A DNA stretch of 64,000 nucleotides from a virus: the IMG/VR virus record IMGVR_UViG_3300031088_000759. One strand, given 5' to 3'. The translations under genes were made by a program, and so were the position numbers. Positions 10,710-21,351 of this stretch are shown here, piece by piece. Within the stretch, counting starts at the first letter, position 1. Each line of letters starts with the position of its first letter. The notes under the pieces were generated by a model. That model saw only the letters and a program-made list of their open reading frames with translations, ran no database searches and had not been told where the DNA came from.

Positions 10710-10888
10710 ATTTTTAAACATAATTGTTCTATATGGTTAACAATGCGCACTTATTGCTCATTTCGCATAAAACAAAAGTAGCCTATAAAAATCTAGTTTA
10801 ATTCTCCCAATAATTAGAGCAAAGAGACATTCAAAAATAATAAATCGGTGATATTAAGATGAAGATCTATAATATTTAGGAGATACTA

Positions 10889-11368
10889 ATGAGTCCAGAA
10901 GAAGAAAAAATTGAAGATGAAATTAAAGAAGCTTTAAATAATCTTCAAACAATTCTTATCCAGAATGTTTATAATCTTAAAAAAGGATTATCCTCGTCTT
11001 TTAGCCCTGTTGTCTTTACGGCTGGTTTAATTGTTCTTATAGGTGGTGGCTTAGTACTATCACTTAATTTGTTTTTGTTGAATATCTTGGCATTAGTTTT
11101 AGCATTAGTGGTTTTTGCCGGTTTATTGATTGTCAGGTACTTTTCTTTTATCAGAGCTACGAATAGTGCTTCTGAGTACATTTCACTAGGAACACCTTTA
11201 AAAAGCCCCAAAGAAATAAATCTTCTTAAAAGATTCATTACGTTTACCTCTCCCCAAGATGTTTATGAAGCTGCTGTTTCTGAGCTTGATGAAGAATGGT
11301 TGCCATTGATTCCAATTTTTGAAGAAAGTTTGGAAATCATCAATGATTCTGAAAAAGAAAATAGTTGA
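10889..11368 (+). CDS. membrane protein (2 TM)
   Basis: AGGAG RBS; hydrophobic hairpin. Confidence 0.7.
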   Translation: MSPEEEKIEDEIKEALNNLQTILIQNVYNLKKGLSSSFSPVVFTAGLIVLIGGGLVLSLNLFLLNILALVLALVVFAGLLIVRYFSFIRATNSASEYISLGTPLKSPKEINLLKRFITFTSPQDVYEAAVSELDEEWLPLIPIFEESLEIINDSEKENS

Positions 11369-11431
11369 TTATTAGCAGCATCAGGATTTCAACATAATCA
11401 ATTTTTAGAGCACAAAATTTCTTTTTGTGAT

Positions 11432-11552
11432 GAGAGACCCTATTTTAGACTTTTCAAGAAAAAGCTTTTAAAAACAAAATATTACCCCCAAATAACTCGG
11501 TTTGTAAGCCTATTATTTGGGGGTAATATTTTAAAGCGTTTTCAGGGTGTAT
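11432..11552 (-). repeat. dispersed palindromic element, copy A
   Basis: Colinear with the reverse complement of 48044-48170; central IR AAAATATTACCCCCAAATAA...TTATTTGGGGGTAATATTTT. Confidence 0.7.
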
Positions 11553-11555
11553 GGA

Positions 11556-12845
11556 TCAAGCAATCCTAGCACCTTTTGCGCCGTCATCTAAGAACCATCC
11601 GATTCCTGAGACAACTACTTTATTATTGCTTCGTGAAGCGTGGATCATTTTTCCATCACCAACGTAGATACCAATATGAGAACTAGTCCATAATAAATCA
11701 CCAGGTTCTAATTGACTAATAGGAACGGGTTGAGCACTAGAACCTTGTTGTTTAGCAGTTCTTGGAATATCCACATTCAAATTTTGATTGTAAATCCAGT
11801 AAATCAAACCTGAACAGTCAAAGCTTCTTTCACCACTAGCTGCCCATACATATTCACTACCTAATCTAGTGTATGCCAAATCTACTGCTTTTTGACCTCT
11901 AGCTTTTTTGCTTGAAACAATAGATGATGGTGCTGTTGAACTAGCTGAAACGGAAGCACCATTAGGAGTAGAATATCCTGATCCACCTGTGCTTGGTGAA
12001 TTAGTGCTTGTGCTTAGAGGTTCTCCAGATATTGGATCTCTGTCTGTTTCATTGTTTGATGCAGAAGTATTAGACAATTGAGGTGAAGCACTATTATCAG
12101 AAGAATCAACTGTGTTTTCTTCAAGAACTTCCGGCTCTACTTCTGGTTCTGGTTCAGGTTCAGGAGTTGGTTCAGGAATAGGCTTAGTTCCTACAAGAAC
12201 TATTTTAGCCTCAGGCTTAACCAAAACAGTTAAAGAATTAACCTCAGATTCAGGGGAAGTCTTGTTTTCCGCACTAGAATTTATCTTTTTATTTGAGCTT
12301 AAATCATTTGTTTCAACCAAAGTCTTTAAAGCTTTACCCGGCTTTCCTTCTGTTTTTACCTTTTTTTCACCTACGTAGATATCATCAGATTCTTCTTCAA
12401 TGGTAGGAACACTTAGCTCAACAACTTCTGATGTAGCTGAAACTTCTCTTTTGAAAAGCAAAAGTTCTTCACCATCAGCTACTTGGTACTCTGGGTCAAG
12501 TGCTTCACCTTTAGAATTTCGGTAATCGCTAAGATTCACACCGTAGTTCTCGGCAATCTGGGAAAGTTTAACCTGTTCTTTTAAATCAATTACTGTTGTT
12601 TTTTCAGAAGTTCTAACAATAAGTTTTGCTCCGGAAAAAGCTTTTTCTTCTTCAGCAATCTCTTTATTTTGATTTGCTGCGGAAGGAGTGATAACATCAG
12701 ATTTTTCAGTTTCAGCCTGAACAGTCTGAGTAGTTTGAATATTTTTTTCATCAGATGTAGTTTCAGCATTTGCTGCTGCTGGTAAGAAACTACTTACCCC
12801 AACTGTAATGAGGGCTATCGTTGATACAATTTTCGTTCTTTTCAT
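11556..12845 (-). CDS. secreted G5 + NlpC/P60 peptidoglycan endopeptidase
   Basis: Signal peptide (AAANA), G5-like YVGEKKVKTEGKPG...VLVGTK, PE linker, YVWAASG..FDCSGL...HIGIY..MIHA. Confidence 0.9.
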   Translation of the reverse strand: MKRTKIVSTIALITVGVSSFLPAAANAETTSDEKNIQTTQTVQAETEKSDVITPSAANQNKEIAEEEKAFSGAKLIVRTSEKTTVIDLKEQVKLSQIAENYGVNLSDYRNSKGEALDPEYQVADGEELLLFKREVSATSEVVELSVPTIEEESDDIYVGEKKVKTEGKPGKALKTLVETNDLSSNKKINSSAENKTSPESEVNSLTVLVKPEAKIVLVGTKPIPEPTPEPEPEPEVEPEVLEENTVDSSDNSASPQLSNTSASNNETDRDPISGEPLSTSTNSPSTGGSGYSTPNGASVSASSTAPSSIVSSKKARGQKAVDLAYTRLGSEYVWAASGERSFDCSGLIYWIYNQNLNVDIPRTAKQQGSSAQPVPISQLEPGDLLWTSSHIGIYVGDGKMIHASRSNNKVVVSGIGWFLDDGAKGARIA

Positions 12846-13107
12846 TGGTCTCTTTCGGTCAGGAGAGAACAGCTTCTGAAACAATTAGACACAATTTTTT
12901 CCTCCAAGCAATTCCTCATAATTAATACACTTACTTTTTAATCCTTTAATCTTTATAAAGCATTACATCTGAAATATCATTGTAGGTTCACATTAAACCC
13001 AGTTTTTTAACATTGCTTTACTAAAATTTTATAATAAGTATGAAAGAAATCACAAAAGATTTACATTCAAACAGATTTATCACAAATATACTACAAAATT
13101 TTCTTTA

Positions 13108-14181
13108 TTATTCAGTTTCTTCGCTAGTAGGATCTGAAGTTTCAGATGAAGATTCAGGTTGTGAAACCACTACTACTATCTGAGAATCTGTTGATGCTTT
13201 CTGTCCTACACCAGGAACAATCTCAGTAACTTGTTCACTGTCTACAGAAGAACTAGTTACACTAACAACTTTAATATTAGTAAAGCCAGAAACCGCAAGT
13301 AGAGACTGTGCTTCTTCAATTGTCAAACCTTTAACTTCAGGAACTTCTACTTCCACAATTTCTGCTGGTTTAGCTATGTTGACTTTTACAGTAGCATCTT
13401 CTGTAACTTCTCCAGCTGCTGGATCTTGGGATAATGCAATTCCTGGGGTTTTATCGGAAGTTTCTTCCACAAATTCCACAGTAATGCCGTATTTTTGAGA
13501 GTCAGCTTCTACAAAGTCTTTGCTTTTGCCTGTCCAGTCAGGTATTTCTATGGCACCATCGGAAATTTGAATACTAACTTCTGTACCATTTTCTACCACA
13601 GCACCAGAGTCAATACTTGTTGAAACAATTCTTCCTGCGGGTATTCCATCACCTTCAGTCTCTGTGACTTCTGTTACTGTCACACCCATTTCATACAGAA
13701 CTTCTTCTGATTCTGAAAGTTCTTGTCCAACTAAATTAGGAAATTCACTTTCAGAAGGACCCATAGAGTATGTCAAAACTACCTTTGTACCAGGGTCCAC
13801 TTGTTCACCAGTAGCGATTGATTGAGCCAGAAGGTTCCCTCTGTCAGCATTCTCGTCAGTAGTCCAATTGACTTCGCATTGAAGCGACAAATCAACAAAG
13901 TCTGAACACAATGTTTCATTACTAGTTTCGGACTCGTAGGCTACATACTTAGTTGCTTCAGGAACTTCAACATTGTCTTTATTAGAGTACCATTCATATC
14001 CATAATACGATCCAACAGATAATCCAGCTAACAGCACAACAGATACAGCTCCTACTGTAAAGCGATTAATTTTCTTTTTAGATTCAGCATTACGCTCATT
14101 AATAGCTAATGGCTTTTTCGTAGGGCTAACAGGTGTTTCACTGTTTTCCTCTTCACTCAAAGAATCTTCCTTATTCATCAT
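13108..14181 (-). CDS. membrane-anchored multi-PASTA domain protein without kinase domain
   Basis: One TM helix then repeats such as FPNLVGQELSE, IPDWTGKS..QDPAAG, VPEVKGLTIEEAQSLL. Confidence 0.85.
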   Translation of the reverse strand: MMNKEDSLSEEENSETPVSPTKKPLAINERNAESKKKINRFTVGAVSVVLLAGLSVGSYYGYEWYSNKDNVEVPEATKYVAYESETSNETLCSDFVDLSLQCEVNWTTDENADRGNLLAQSIATGEQVDPGTKVVLTYSMGPSESEFPNLVGQELSESEEVLYEMGVTVTEVTETEGDGIPAGRIVSTSIDSGAVVENGTEVSIQISDGAIEIPDWTGKSKDFVEADSQKYGITVEFVEETSDKTPGIALSQDPAAGEVTEDATVKVNIAKPAEIVEVEVPEVKGLTIEEAQSLLAVSGFTNIKVVSVTSSSVDSEQVTEIVPGVGQKASTDSQIVVVVSQPESSSETSDPTSEETE

Positions 14182-14268
14182 AAACCTTTCACACTTCTTA
14201 TTTTAAAAACTATCAGTCGTATTTTAACAAAAAACTATTGACAAAGATTCGTCAATAGTTTTTATGTT

Positions 14269-15864
14269 TTATTTAGAATCAGCATCCTTTTGAGCTCTTC
14301 TACTTCCTGATTCTTCAATATTCCACACCAGAGCGTGGGACTCTCTAATAGTCAAGTATGTTTCATAGTGGTCTCTGTTGTTTATGAAATTTTCTCGACT
14401 TTCCTTAGCTTTCTTTTTTACAGCCTTTGAAATCTTAAATGACATTGGATCAATCTCTAATGCTTCTTCACTGAAATCTTTTATCAATAAATTTTTAGCG
14501 TCACGAATTCGAGACAATGCTACATACCCTAATCCAGGTGTGAAACACTTTGATAGATCAACTTCAACACCATCAAAGGTTTGACCCTGAGATTTATGGA
14601 CAGTAATTGCATAGCCTAATTTTACAGGGAATTGCGAAACACTTGCTACTACTTCATCAATATAGATAGTTTCACCTTTAGCGTTGCTTAATTCCATTTT
14701 TTCTGTTAAATCATAATCTTGTCTAAAAATTCCATGTTCTTCACCATTGTTAAGTTTTATCATCATGCTAAAATTCGTTAGTTTGGTGATTTTTCCAACA
14801 CTTCCGTTAGCTACTGTGATTTGCCCTTCGGGATCTCTGACATTGGAAGTCACAATAACCAAAGCGCCTACTTTAAGTTCAATTTCTTCGGCTAAGCCAC
14901 GTGAAGTAATAAGTTTTTCTGTATTTTTAGCATTACCCAATTGTTTATTTAATTTAAATATTTGAGATTTGTTATTATTTGCTTCAAGCATTTTTTGATT
15001 GTATGAATCAACGTCTCTATTCGTTGTGAACAAAGTTGTGTAGTTCTTTTCAGGGTCACGTGTATTATTCATACAAGCTGAAAGAATCCTTTGGGTCATT
15101 TCTGTTATATTGTTGCTTTCAATACTGCTTAACAAATACTTTAAGAATTTGTCAGACGCACGATGAGTTTTATCCATGTAGCAATAATTAACATCAGCTT
15201 TCTTCCACGATTTACTTGTTATTGCATAACCATAATTAACACCTTCTAAGGCTACTTTAGGCGGAACGGGGGGCAATTGAAGAAAATCACCTAAGAATAC
15301 TACTTGAATTCCGCCGAAAGGCTTGTTATTTCGACGGAAATATTTACAAGCAGCATCTATATTGTCTAAGTAATAAGCTGGAAGCATAGAGATTTCGTCA
15401 ATAATCAAAACATCTGTATATTTAATAGTATTCTTAGCCCTCCAAAAAGCCATGGGGAAATCAGGATCCTTACGGTCTCTTGGATTAAAGTTTTTAGAAT
15501 ATATGCCTAAGCCTGACCAGCTATGTATTGTTCTTCCATTGATCAATTTAGCTGCTAAACCTGTACTTGCAGTAATAGCCACAGTAAAGTTGCCTTTAAA
15601 CTGAGCATCTAAAATGTCAATAAATTTTTTAATAATTGTTGTTTTTCCCGAACCTGCTGGACCTGAAATAAAAAGATTTTCTCTATTCAAAAGTCTGGCT
15701 AAAACCTCTGTTTGACTTGTGATTTTACAATCATTAAGAGCATCATCTAAACTGTTGTAGCCAAGAAAAGGTTGATTGTCAAAATCATTGAGAATGCCCA
15801 TTCGTTTTTCGGCAATCTGATTTTCAATTTCTTGTAGATGCTTCTGCTTTTTAAAAGAAACCAT
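14269..15864 (-). CDS. Pif1-family SF1B helicase
   Basis: GPAGSGKT, TIHSWSG, IIDEISM, PFGGIQ, GDFLQLPPV, QFPVKLGYAITVHKSQGQT, YVALSR. Confidence 0.93.
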   Translation of the reverse strand: MVSFKKQKHLQEIENQIAEKRMGILNDFDNQPFLGYNSLDDALNDCKITSQTEVLARLLNRENLFISGPAGSGKTTIIKKFIDILDAQFKGNFTVAITASTGLAAKLINGRTIHSWSGLGIYSKNFNPRDRKDPDFPMAFWRAKNTIKYTDVLIIDEISMLPAYYLDNIDAACKYFRRNNKPFGGIQVVFLGDFLQLPPVPPKVALEGVNYGYAITSKSWKKADVNYCYMDKTHRASDKFLKYLLSSIESNNITEMTQRILSACMNNTRDPEKNYTTLFTTNRDVDSYNQKMLEANNNKSQIFKLNKQLGNAKNTEKLITSRGLAEEIELKVGALVIVTSNVRDPEGQITVANGSVGKITKLTNFSMMIKLNNGEEHGIFRQDYDLTEKMELSNAKGETIYIDEVVASVSQFPVKLGYAITVHKSQGQTFDGVEVDLSKCFTPGLGYVALSRIRDAKNLLIKDFSEEALEIDPMSFKISKAVKKKAKESRENFINNRDHYETYLTIRESHALVWNIEESGSRRAQKDADSK

Positions 15865-15926
15865 TAAAATATAACCAACCTAATTCTATCGTCTATTTGT
15901 GTTTCCGCTATCTTATCAAAATCGAA

Positions 15927-16877
15927 TCATTTTTTGAAAATATGTGCTATCTTCATCAAAGCAATTTCCATAACTACATCATTGTTAGCGCTTGAACCAC
16001 CTTTAAGGTTTGCCTCAGCATTTATCACAATAGTCAAAACATTTGAGATTTTGTCAAACCCTGTTCTTTTAGCGTTTTCATATGCCAGTTTAAACGGATA
16101 ATTCTTTGCCACTCCCAATCTTTCAGCTGCTTGAGACTCTGAGATCTTAGGGTTGTCCGCTATCAATGAAGCAATTCTCCAGGAAAGAGTGAATTTTGTT
16201 TTCAATAAAGATAAAACTACAAGTACATGAGTATGAGAAGTTATTCTTCTGAAAAGTTCAATAGTTTTAACCGTATCACCTTTTAACAATGGTTTTTCTA
16301 TTTCCCAGGGCGGAACAGCACCAGGAGGTTTTGGCAATCTAATGTAAAGGTCTTCAATGCTTACACGAGACTGCGCTTCAGGTGGAATCTCTGACATGGT
16401 TTGTACGATACTTACTAACAGTTCGTAGTCATCAGCAGCATACTCCACGAGAAAATCTTTAACAGGTTTCGATAGTTTAAGTTGAGAAACCATTTTAGAA
16501 GAAACATTTGTTTTATCTTTAGCGGATTCTTTAGCAAGAATTACTTTTCCTCCTGCTTTTTTGATTATTTCTTCTGCTTTTTTAGTGCTATTGCGGGCTA
16601 ATGTTGTTGTAATCACAAGACCTTGCGAAACTTTTGTTTCTAAAACTCCTTCTTGAACAGATTTTTCAATATCTGAAGTAAGTTTTTTCCACTGGTCAAG
16701 ACTATTGACTGACATTGCAGCTGGCATAGAATCACCAAAAATAGTTTCTTCACCTACTCTACTGAAGCTTTCAGTGTTTTCAACTTCTGATTCTTCTATA
16801 CCCCATGATTTCAGTACATTCGTTTTTTCAAAACCAATGTATGATTCAGACTTGTCAATAATCAAAGCTAATTTCAT
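15927..16877 (-). CDS. DNA polymerase III delta (HolA)-like clamp-loader subunit
   Basis: Size and C-terminal pattern (PWEI..LLKGD, AAERLGV..YPFK, AEANLKGGS) resemble HolA. Confidence 0.6.
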   Translation of the reverse strand: MKLALIIDKSESYIGFEKTNVLKSWGIEESEVENTESFSRVGEETIFGDSMPAAMSVNSLDQWKKLTSDIEKSVQEGVLETKVSQGLVITTTLARNSTKKAEEIIKKAGGKVILAKESAKDKTNVSSKMVSQLKLSKPVKDFLVEYAADDYELLVSIVQTMSEIPPEAQSRVSIEDLYIRLPKPPGAVPPWEIEKPLLKGDTVKTIELFRRITSHTHVLVVLSLLKTKFTLSWRIASLIADNPKISESQAAERLGVAKNYPFKLAYENAKRTGFDKISNVLTIVINAEANLKGGSSANNDVVMEIALMKIAHIFKK

Positions 16878-16892
16878 ACTTTTATCCTAATC

Positions 16893-17462
16893 TCAAAATT
16901 TAAAAACTACTTCTCCATAATTCTTTATTGAATTTCTTGGAACAAACATATCTTTCTCATCTCCATCACAGAAGATTCTTCGTGAATCAAGACTCACCTG
17001 AGCGTTATCACCCAACACAAATAACTCTCTATTCGTCAAAGTGTGTTCATAATTAGAAGTGCCATTTTGACATTCATAGTTATTTTCTTCAATATTGTAT
17101 ACTTCATCACCATTAACAGTAAATATCCCATCTTGATATCTTAGCGTATCACCTGGAACAGCAGCAATTCTTTTTACTAATGTTATGTCATTATCAGCAT
17201 AATTGTCCCATTTTTCAGGTTTCTCAAAAAAAACTATTTGATTTTTTGAAACATTTCTCTCTTGAGAAATAATTAAAGAGTCTTTGTCAGAGAATGTTGG
17301 TTCCATAGAGTCACCTGAAACAGCATATAAAGAAATTCCATTTTTTATTAAAGCAAATAAAACAGCTCCTGAAAGAATCAGCACAGCAATGATTAATATT
17401 ACGGCAATTTTACGAATTCTCTTTTTTAAATCTTTAGTTGCTAAATCTTCACTCATGGTCAC
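16893..17462 (-). CDS. lepB: signal peptidase I (S26)
   Basis: SGDSMEPT, LVKRIAAVPGD, FVLGDN...SLDSR. Confidence 0.92.
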   Translation of the reverse strand: MTMSEDLATKDLKKRIRKIAVILIIAVLILSGAVLFALIKNGISLYAVSGDSMEPTFSDKDSLIISQERNVSKNQIVFFEKPEKWDNYADNDITLVKRIAAVPGDTLRYQDGIFTVNGDEVYNIEENNYECQNGTSNYEHTLTNRELFVLGDNAQVSLDSRRIFCDGDEKDMFVPRNSIKNYGEVVFKF

Positions 17463-17926
17463 TCCATTTTAATTTGTTGTCTGAGGTTGTTCCCAAGTCC
17501 TTGAAGAGTTTGAAGTTCAAGACGAATAGCAGCGCTTAACCTATTCAACTCACCACGCAATTGTTCATATACAATAACCTTATTCTCAAGCTCTTCACAA
17601 AGAAGATCAGCACGGGCTTTTTTTAGGCTTTCTGTTTTTTCATTACTGTTCAAATATGAACGTCTCCATTCTCTTTCATATTTGACTTTTGATACTCTTT
17701 CAACTCGTTCACATTCATTTATTTTGTCTGTAAGCTCAAAAAGGGCAAAGCGAGCACTTTTGATTGCTGAGTTCAGTTCTTCTATCTGCTCATAATCAAA
17801 TATATGGTTTTCATAATCGTAGAACCTTGAACCCTTCCAGTTTTTTATGCTTGGAAGAGTATAAGAAACTACTTCTGATTCATCTAATGGAATTTCAGAA
17901 ATGTCTTGATCTTCAAACGTACTCAA
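17459..17926 (-). CDS. coiled-coil hypothetical protein
   Basis: AAGGAG RBS, TTG start; overlaps the lepB start by 4 nt. Confidence 0.7.
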   Translation of the reverse strand: MSTFEDQDISEIPLDESEVVSYTLPSIKNWKGSRFYDYENHIFDYEQIEELNSAIKSARFALFELTDKINECERVERVSKVKYEREWRRSYLNSNEKTESLKKARADLLCEELENKVIVYEQLRGELNRLSAAIRLELQTLQGLGNNLRQQIKME

Positions 17927-17964
17927 AATGACTCCTTTATAGGCTTTTGCTGTGATTATCTAAC

Positions 17965-18095
17965 TACTCAAAATGGCTTAAAAAACACCACCCGAATAAC
18001 ACCGATAGATACAGGTTTATTTTAACAAAAAATTCAAACAAAAATGAAAAAAATTCAAAAACCCTTATTTCAGTAAAGGGGATTAAAACAGAATA
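17965..18095 (+). repeat. dispersed palindromic element, copy B (3' arm decayed)
   Basis: GCTTAAAAAACACCACCCGAATAACACCGATAGATAC vs copy C GCTTACAAAAACACCCCGAATAAAGCCGATAAACAC; shared tail TTCAAAAA(A/C)CCTTA...GGGGATT. Confidence 0.6.
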
Positions 18096-18211
18096 TATTT
18101 TTATCAGAAACTCTTACAGTATTATTATCATAACAAATTATTTTTATAGATTACACAAAAATACACTGATAATTACGATTGATAATTATCAGTGTATTTT
18201 ATACCTGTTTG

Positions 18212-18709
18212 TCAAGACTGCTTAGCGTTGGCCTTAGCCTTCTTCATAAAAGGAGTTCCACCAACGGTGCTGTTCAGAAGAACATCCGCGAGAGAGTTCT
18301 TAAAATCAGTAGCAAAACTATCAGGATTGACAGCATAAGGAACCAGTGCATCATGCAGGTCACTGTAATTAGGGGAATAATGACGAGCATCATCAACCTG
18401 AACAACCTTAGCAGTAATATCACCCATTTGAGCGTTAACATCGCTGTTCACAAGCTGAGACTGGATAAGACTGCGAACAAGACCCTGAACCATTCCTTCG
18501 CTTTCCTGACGACCAGTATAAGCCTTCACCTGCTTAGGCTCATCAAGAAAAACATACTTAGAAGAATCATAGTCAAAAAGCCTGACCTGGAAACCCGAAA
18601 CACCACTGCTGTCAACTAGCTTCTGCAGAAAACGAGCATTCTCTACTGCCTGCTTCTTGTCAGAGGCAGAAACAACAGAACCAGAAACCTCAAAACGGAA
18701 ATTCGACAT
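18212..18709 (-). CDS. hypothetical protein with host-like codon usage
   Basis: GAAAGG RBS; TTGACA-N17-TATTAT promoter upstream. Confidence 0.75.
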   Translation of the reverse strand: MSNFRFEVSGSVVSASDKKQAVENARFLQKLVDSSGVSGFQVRLFDYDSSKYVFLDEPKQVKAYTGRQESEGMVQGLVRSLIQSQLVNSDVNAQMGDITAKVVQVDDARHYSPNYSDLHDALVPYAVNPDSFATDFKNSLADVLLNSTVGGTPFMKKAKANAKQS

Positions 18710-18777
18710 CTTCAAACCTTTCAACGATTAACTTTATAGTACTATAATACAACAATATATTTTCATTGTCAAATCAC

Positions 18778-19596
18778 TCACAAATTTTCTAAAGTTTCAA
18801 TAAGCTTCTTAATACTTTCCATTGACTCTTTTGATTCTTTATAAGCATCAGACATCCATTGATCTAAAAATATATCACCAGAATGGCGTCTTGACTCTAA
18901 ATACTCATAAACAGAGGCAACATAGTTATAAGAATCATACAAAGAAGCCAATGAACCACTTTTAGCAGGGAAAACAGGTTTTAAAGAAATTTCTGAAGCT
19001 TTTGGCACATAAGTTTTCATCTTATCTATTGCAACTTCTTTCCTCAAAACTTCTTTAACCTTGAAACCGTAATCTTGCAGTTCAGAAAGATATATAAAAG
19101 ATTTCTTAAAAATAATCATGTTTTTTGAGCTAAAACCCAACCCATTTCGCTTTGAATACACCTTAACCATGGGAAAATTAATTTTTTCATCCAGAGAGGA
19201 GAGCGTAATAACATCATTCTCTTGAATCTCTGATTTATTGTCCACTGGAACAAACTTAACAATTTGTTTCTTGTCTATTTTAGGATGGCGATATTTTGAA
19301 TCAGAACTTCCATAGACTTTTTCTTTATAGAATCTGTCTGATTTGTATACAACCAAATATTCAGGTTGTGAGTACAAAGAAAGATCAGGGTTTCGGTATT
19401 CCATTAATGATGAAATACATTCTGTAGCATCTGCTAAAGCTGCTTCAATTGTGTTTATCTCACGAGATTTTTTATTAGCTGGTCCAGCACCACCAACAAA
19501 TAAACTACCTACTTGAATTTCAGTAGAAAAATAAGTCTTATCTGTGTCATCGTAAAACAAATCTTTCTCTACTATTTTTGCGATGATAGGTATCAT
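18778..19596 (-). CDS. hypothetical protein
   Basis: 272-aa ORF with GGGAGG RBS. Confidence 0.7.
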   Translation of the reverse strand: MIPIIAKIVEKDLFYDDTDKTYFSTEIQVGSLFVGGAGPANKKSREINTIEAALADATECISSLMEYRNPDLSLYSQPEYLVVYKSDRFYKEKVYGSSDSKYRHPKIDKKQIVKFVPVDNKSEIQENDVITLSSLDEKINFPMVKVYSKRNGLGFSSKNMIIFKKSFIYLSELQDYGFKVKEVLRKEVAIDKMKTYVPKASEISLKPVFPAKSGSLASLYDSYNYVASVYEYLESRRHSGDIFLDQWMSDAYKESKESMESIKKLIETLENL

Positions 19597-19600
19597 AAAA

Positions 19601-19655
19601 TTCCTCCCATAGAATGATATATAACATATTCTAGCATATCATTCTATGGGAGGAA
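19601..19655. terminator. 20-bp perfect inverted repeat overlapping the RBS of the downstream gene
   Basis: TTCCTCCCATAGAATGATAT-N15-ATATCATTCTATGGGAGGAA. Confidence 0.6.
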
Positions 19656-19719
19656 AATCAAGTCGTTAAACTAACATTTTACAACTATTATTTATTTTCG
19701 TATAATTATTAAAATTCTA

Positions 19720-20877
19720 TTACGCTTTAGTAGCACAAGTCTTCCCTATGTTTCCTCCGTTTTTCAGTTTAGAACCACAGCGAATACAAAAACCACTACC
19801 ATACACAGTGTTTATTTCTGGTTCAGGGTAAGTGTCAAGAATGTTGTTAGTATCTACTTTTGGTTTATTAACTTGTGTAGTCATTATTCCCAGTTGAGTA
19901 AACATTTGTAAATCTTTGTCTCGATCATCAATTGCTTGAACGATGATTAATCCTTCTTTTTGGAGCTTCTTTACAGTGTCTCTTTTATGCTCACTGCTTG
20001 GTCTATTATCTCCTTCTCGTTTCATTATTAACTGAGAAATTTTCGCACCACTTTTATCTAATGCTTGGATAAGTTCAGAAGCGTAGTCATCACTTCTTCC
20101 AGTTACAGCAACAATAGTTAAATTATCATTATCTCTCATGGAATTTACGAGGTTAAGAACCTTCTTATTTACAGGTGCTTTGACTATATTTTGATAAAAG
20201 CTTCTGAAATCTTTTTTCTTTCCGGGTGTTCCTAAGTATCGTGCAGCATCAGCTTCATTATTGAACAAAGTTCCATCCATATCAAGAATAACTACTGCTT
20301 TTCCTTTTGGTGGGTTTTCGGCTATTTGTCTGTTGTTGAATTCTTTGATTTTTTTCATTCCAACAGTTGTTTTTTCTACTGCAAAAACGGAACCATTGTC
20401 AGCTATGATGAAGTCTTTTAGATGCCCTTCTTTATCATAAGCGTTTTGAGCCATGGAATCAATTACTTCATCAGGGACTCTTCTTCCGCCAGCGTCACCA
20501 CGTGCTTTATTTCTGCGTTTACATTCGTCTACAGGAACATCTACATGTACTTGTTCAATCTCAGCATTATACTTACGTGCTAGATCTACAAGTGGCTTGA
20601 CTCGCCTCGGGTTAAGGTTTGTGTCATCTACAATAACAGTTTTTCCCTCACGAAGAGACTTTTTGATAATCTCTTGTTGAACGTGTGAAACGTTGTTTTC
20701 TACATCTTTACGAGGAGATCCTTTATGGTATTTTTCTCCTTCGGGAGCAAGAATAGTTCTAAGGTCATCACGATTCGCACGAACAATATTCTGAGGATCA
20801 TCTTCTAACATTTTTAAAGCCTGAGTTGTTTTGCCACTTCCAGGCAAGCCGTGAGTAATAACTACTTTTCCTGACAT
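19720..20877 (-). CDS. polynucleotide 5'-kinase/3'-phosphatase (T4 PseT/Pnkp-like) with C-terminal Zn finger
   Basis: GLPGSGKT, NRDDLR, VDDTN kinase domain; DMDGTL, VTGR, IDDR HAD domain; tail CIRCG...IGKTC. Confidence 0.9.
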   Translation of the reverse strand: MSGKVVITHGLPGSGKTTQALKMLEDDPQNIVRANRDDLRTILAPEGEKYHKGSPRKDVENNVSHVQQEIIKKSLREGKTVIVDDTNLNPRRVKPLVDLARKYNAEIEQVHVDVPVDECKRRNKARGDAGGRRVPDEVIDSMAQNAYDKEGHLKDFIIADNGSVFAVEKTTVGMKKIKEFNNRQIAENPPKGKAVVILDMDGTLFNNEADAARYLGTPGKKKDFRSFYQNIVKAPVNKKVLNLVNSMRDNDNLTIVAVTGRSDDYASELIQALDKSGAKISQLIMKREGDNRPSSEHKRDTVKKLQKEGLIIVQAIDDRDKDLQMFTQLGIMTTQVNKPKVDTNNILDTYPEPEINTVYGSGFCIRCGSKLKNGGNIGKTCATKA

Positions 20878-20924
20878 TTCTTATCTCCGTGTGTTCATTG
20901 ATTAATGTTTACCATATTTGTATA

Positions 20925-21296
20925 TTAAAAAGCATTTAAGATTTTTCTCATTTTTCGAACTCTTGTTTTCTCAGGCTCATTAATCGGATAAATCATATGG
21001 TCATGTTTTTTAATAAAATCTTGTTCAAGGTTTTTATGTTTTTGTTTTTGTTTAAAAGCTTTTAAATCAGCAATAGCTTTTTCTTTTCCTGTTAGCTCTT
21101 TTGATTGAGCTGCTTTTCTCGCTGATAGAGATTTTTTTGTAGCTGAAACAATATGTCCATTCTCTTCAAACATTCTTTTTTCGTAAAATCTTTGAGCATC
21201 AGAAATATTGTCAAAGTGAGATACAGGTTTACCATATTTACAAGTTCCTATTGTTGCTGTACATGGTTTAGGACCATCTGGTGTTATATGATACAT
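20925..21296 (-). CDS. hypothetical protein with shared N-terminal H-C-C-H module
   Basis: MYHITPDGPKPCTATIGTCKYG...HF...DAQRFYE. Confidence 0.75.
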   Translation of the reverse strand: MYHITPDGPKPCTATIGTCKYGKPVSHFDNISDAQRFYEKRMFEENGHIVSATKKSLSARKAAQSKELTGKEKAIADLKAFKQKQKHKNLEQDFIKKHDHMIYPINEPEKTRVRKMRKILNAF

Positions 21297-21351
21297 TAAA
21301 ACTCCCTACAAAAATGCTTGATAAAATAAAGTGCATACTTTTGTTTCTAAA

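Noticed and set aside
12846-13100. c-di-AMP riboswitch upstream of the NlpC/P60 gene
   Set aside because: The region is AT-rich and lacks the conserved GC-rich ydaO elements.
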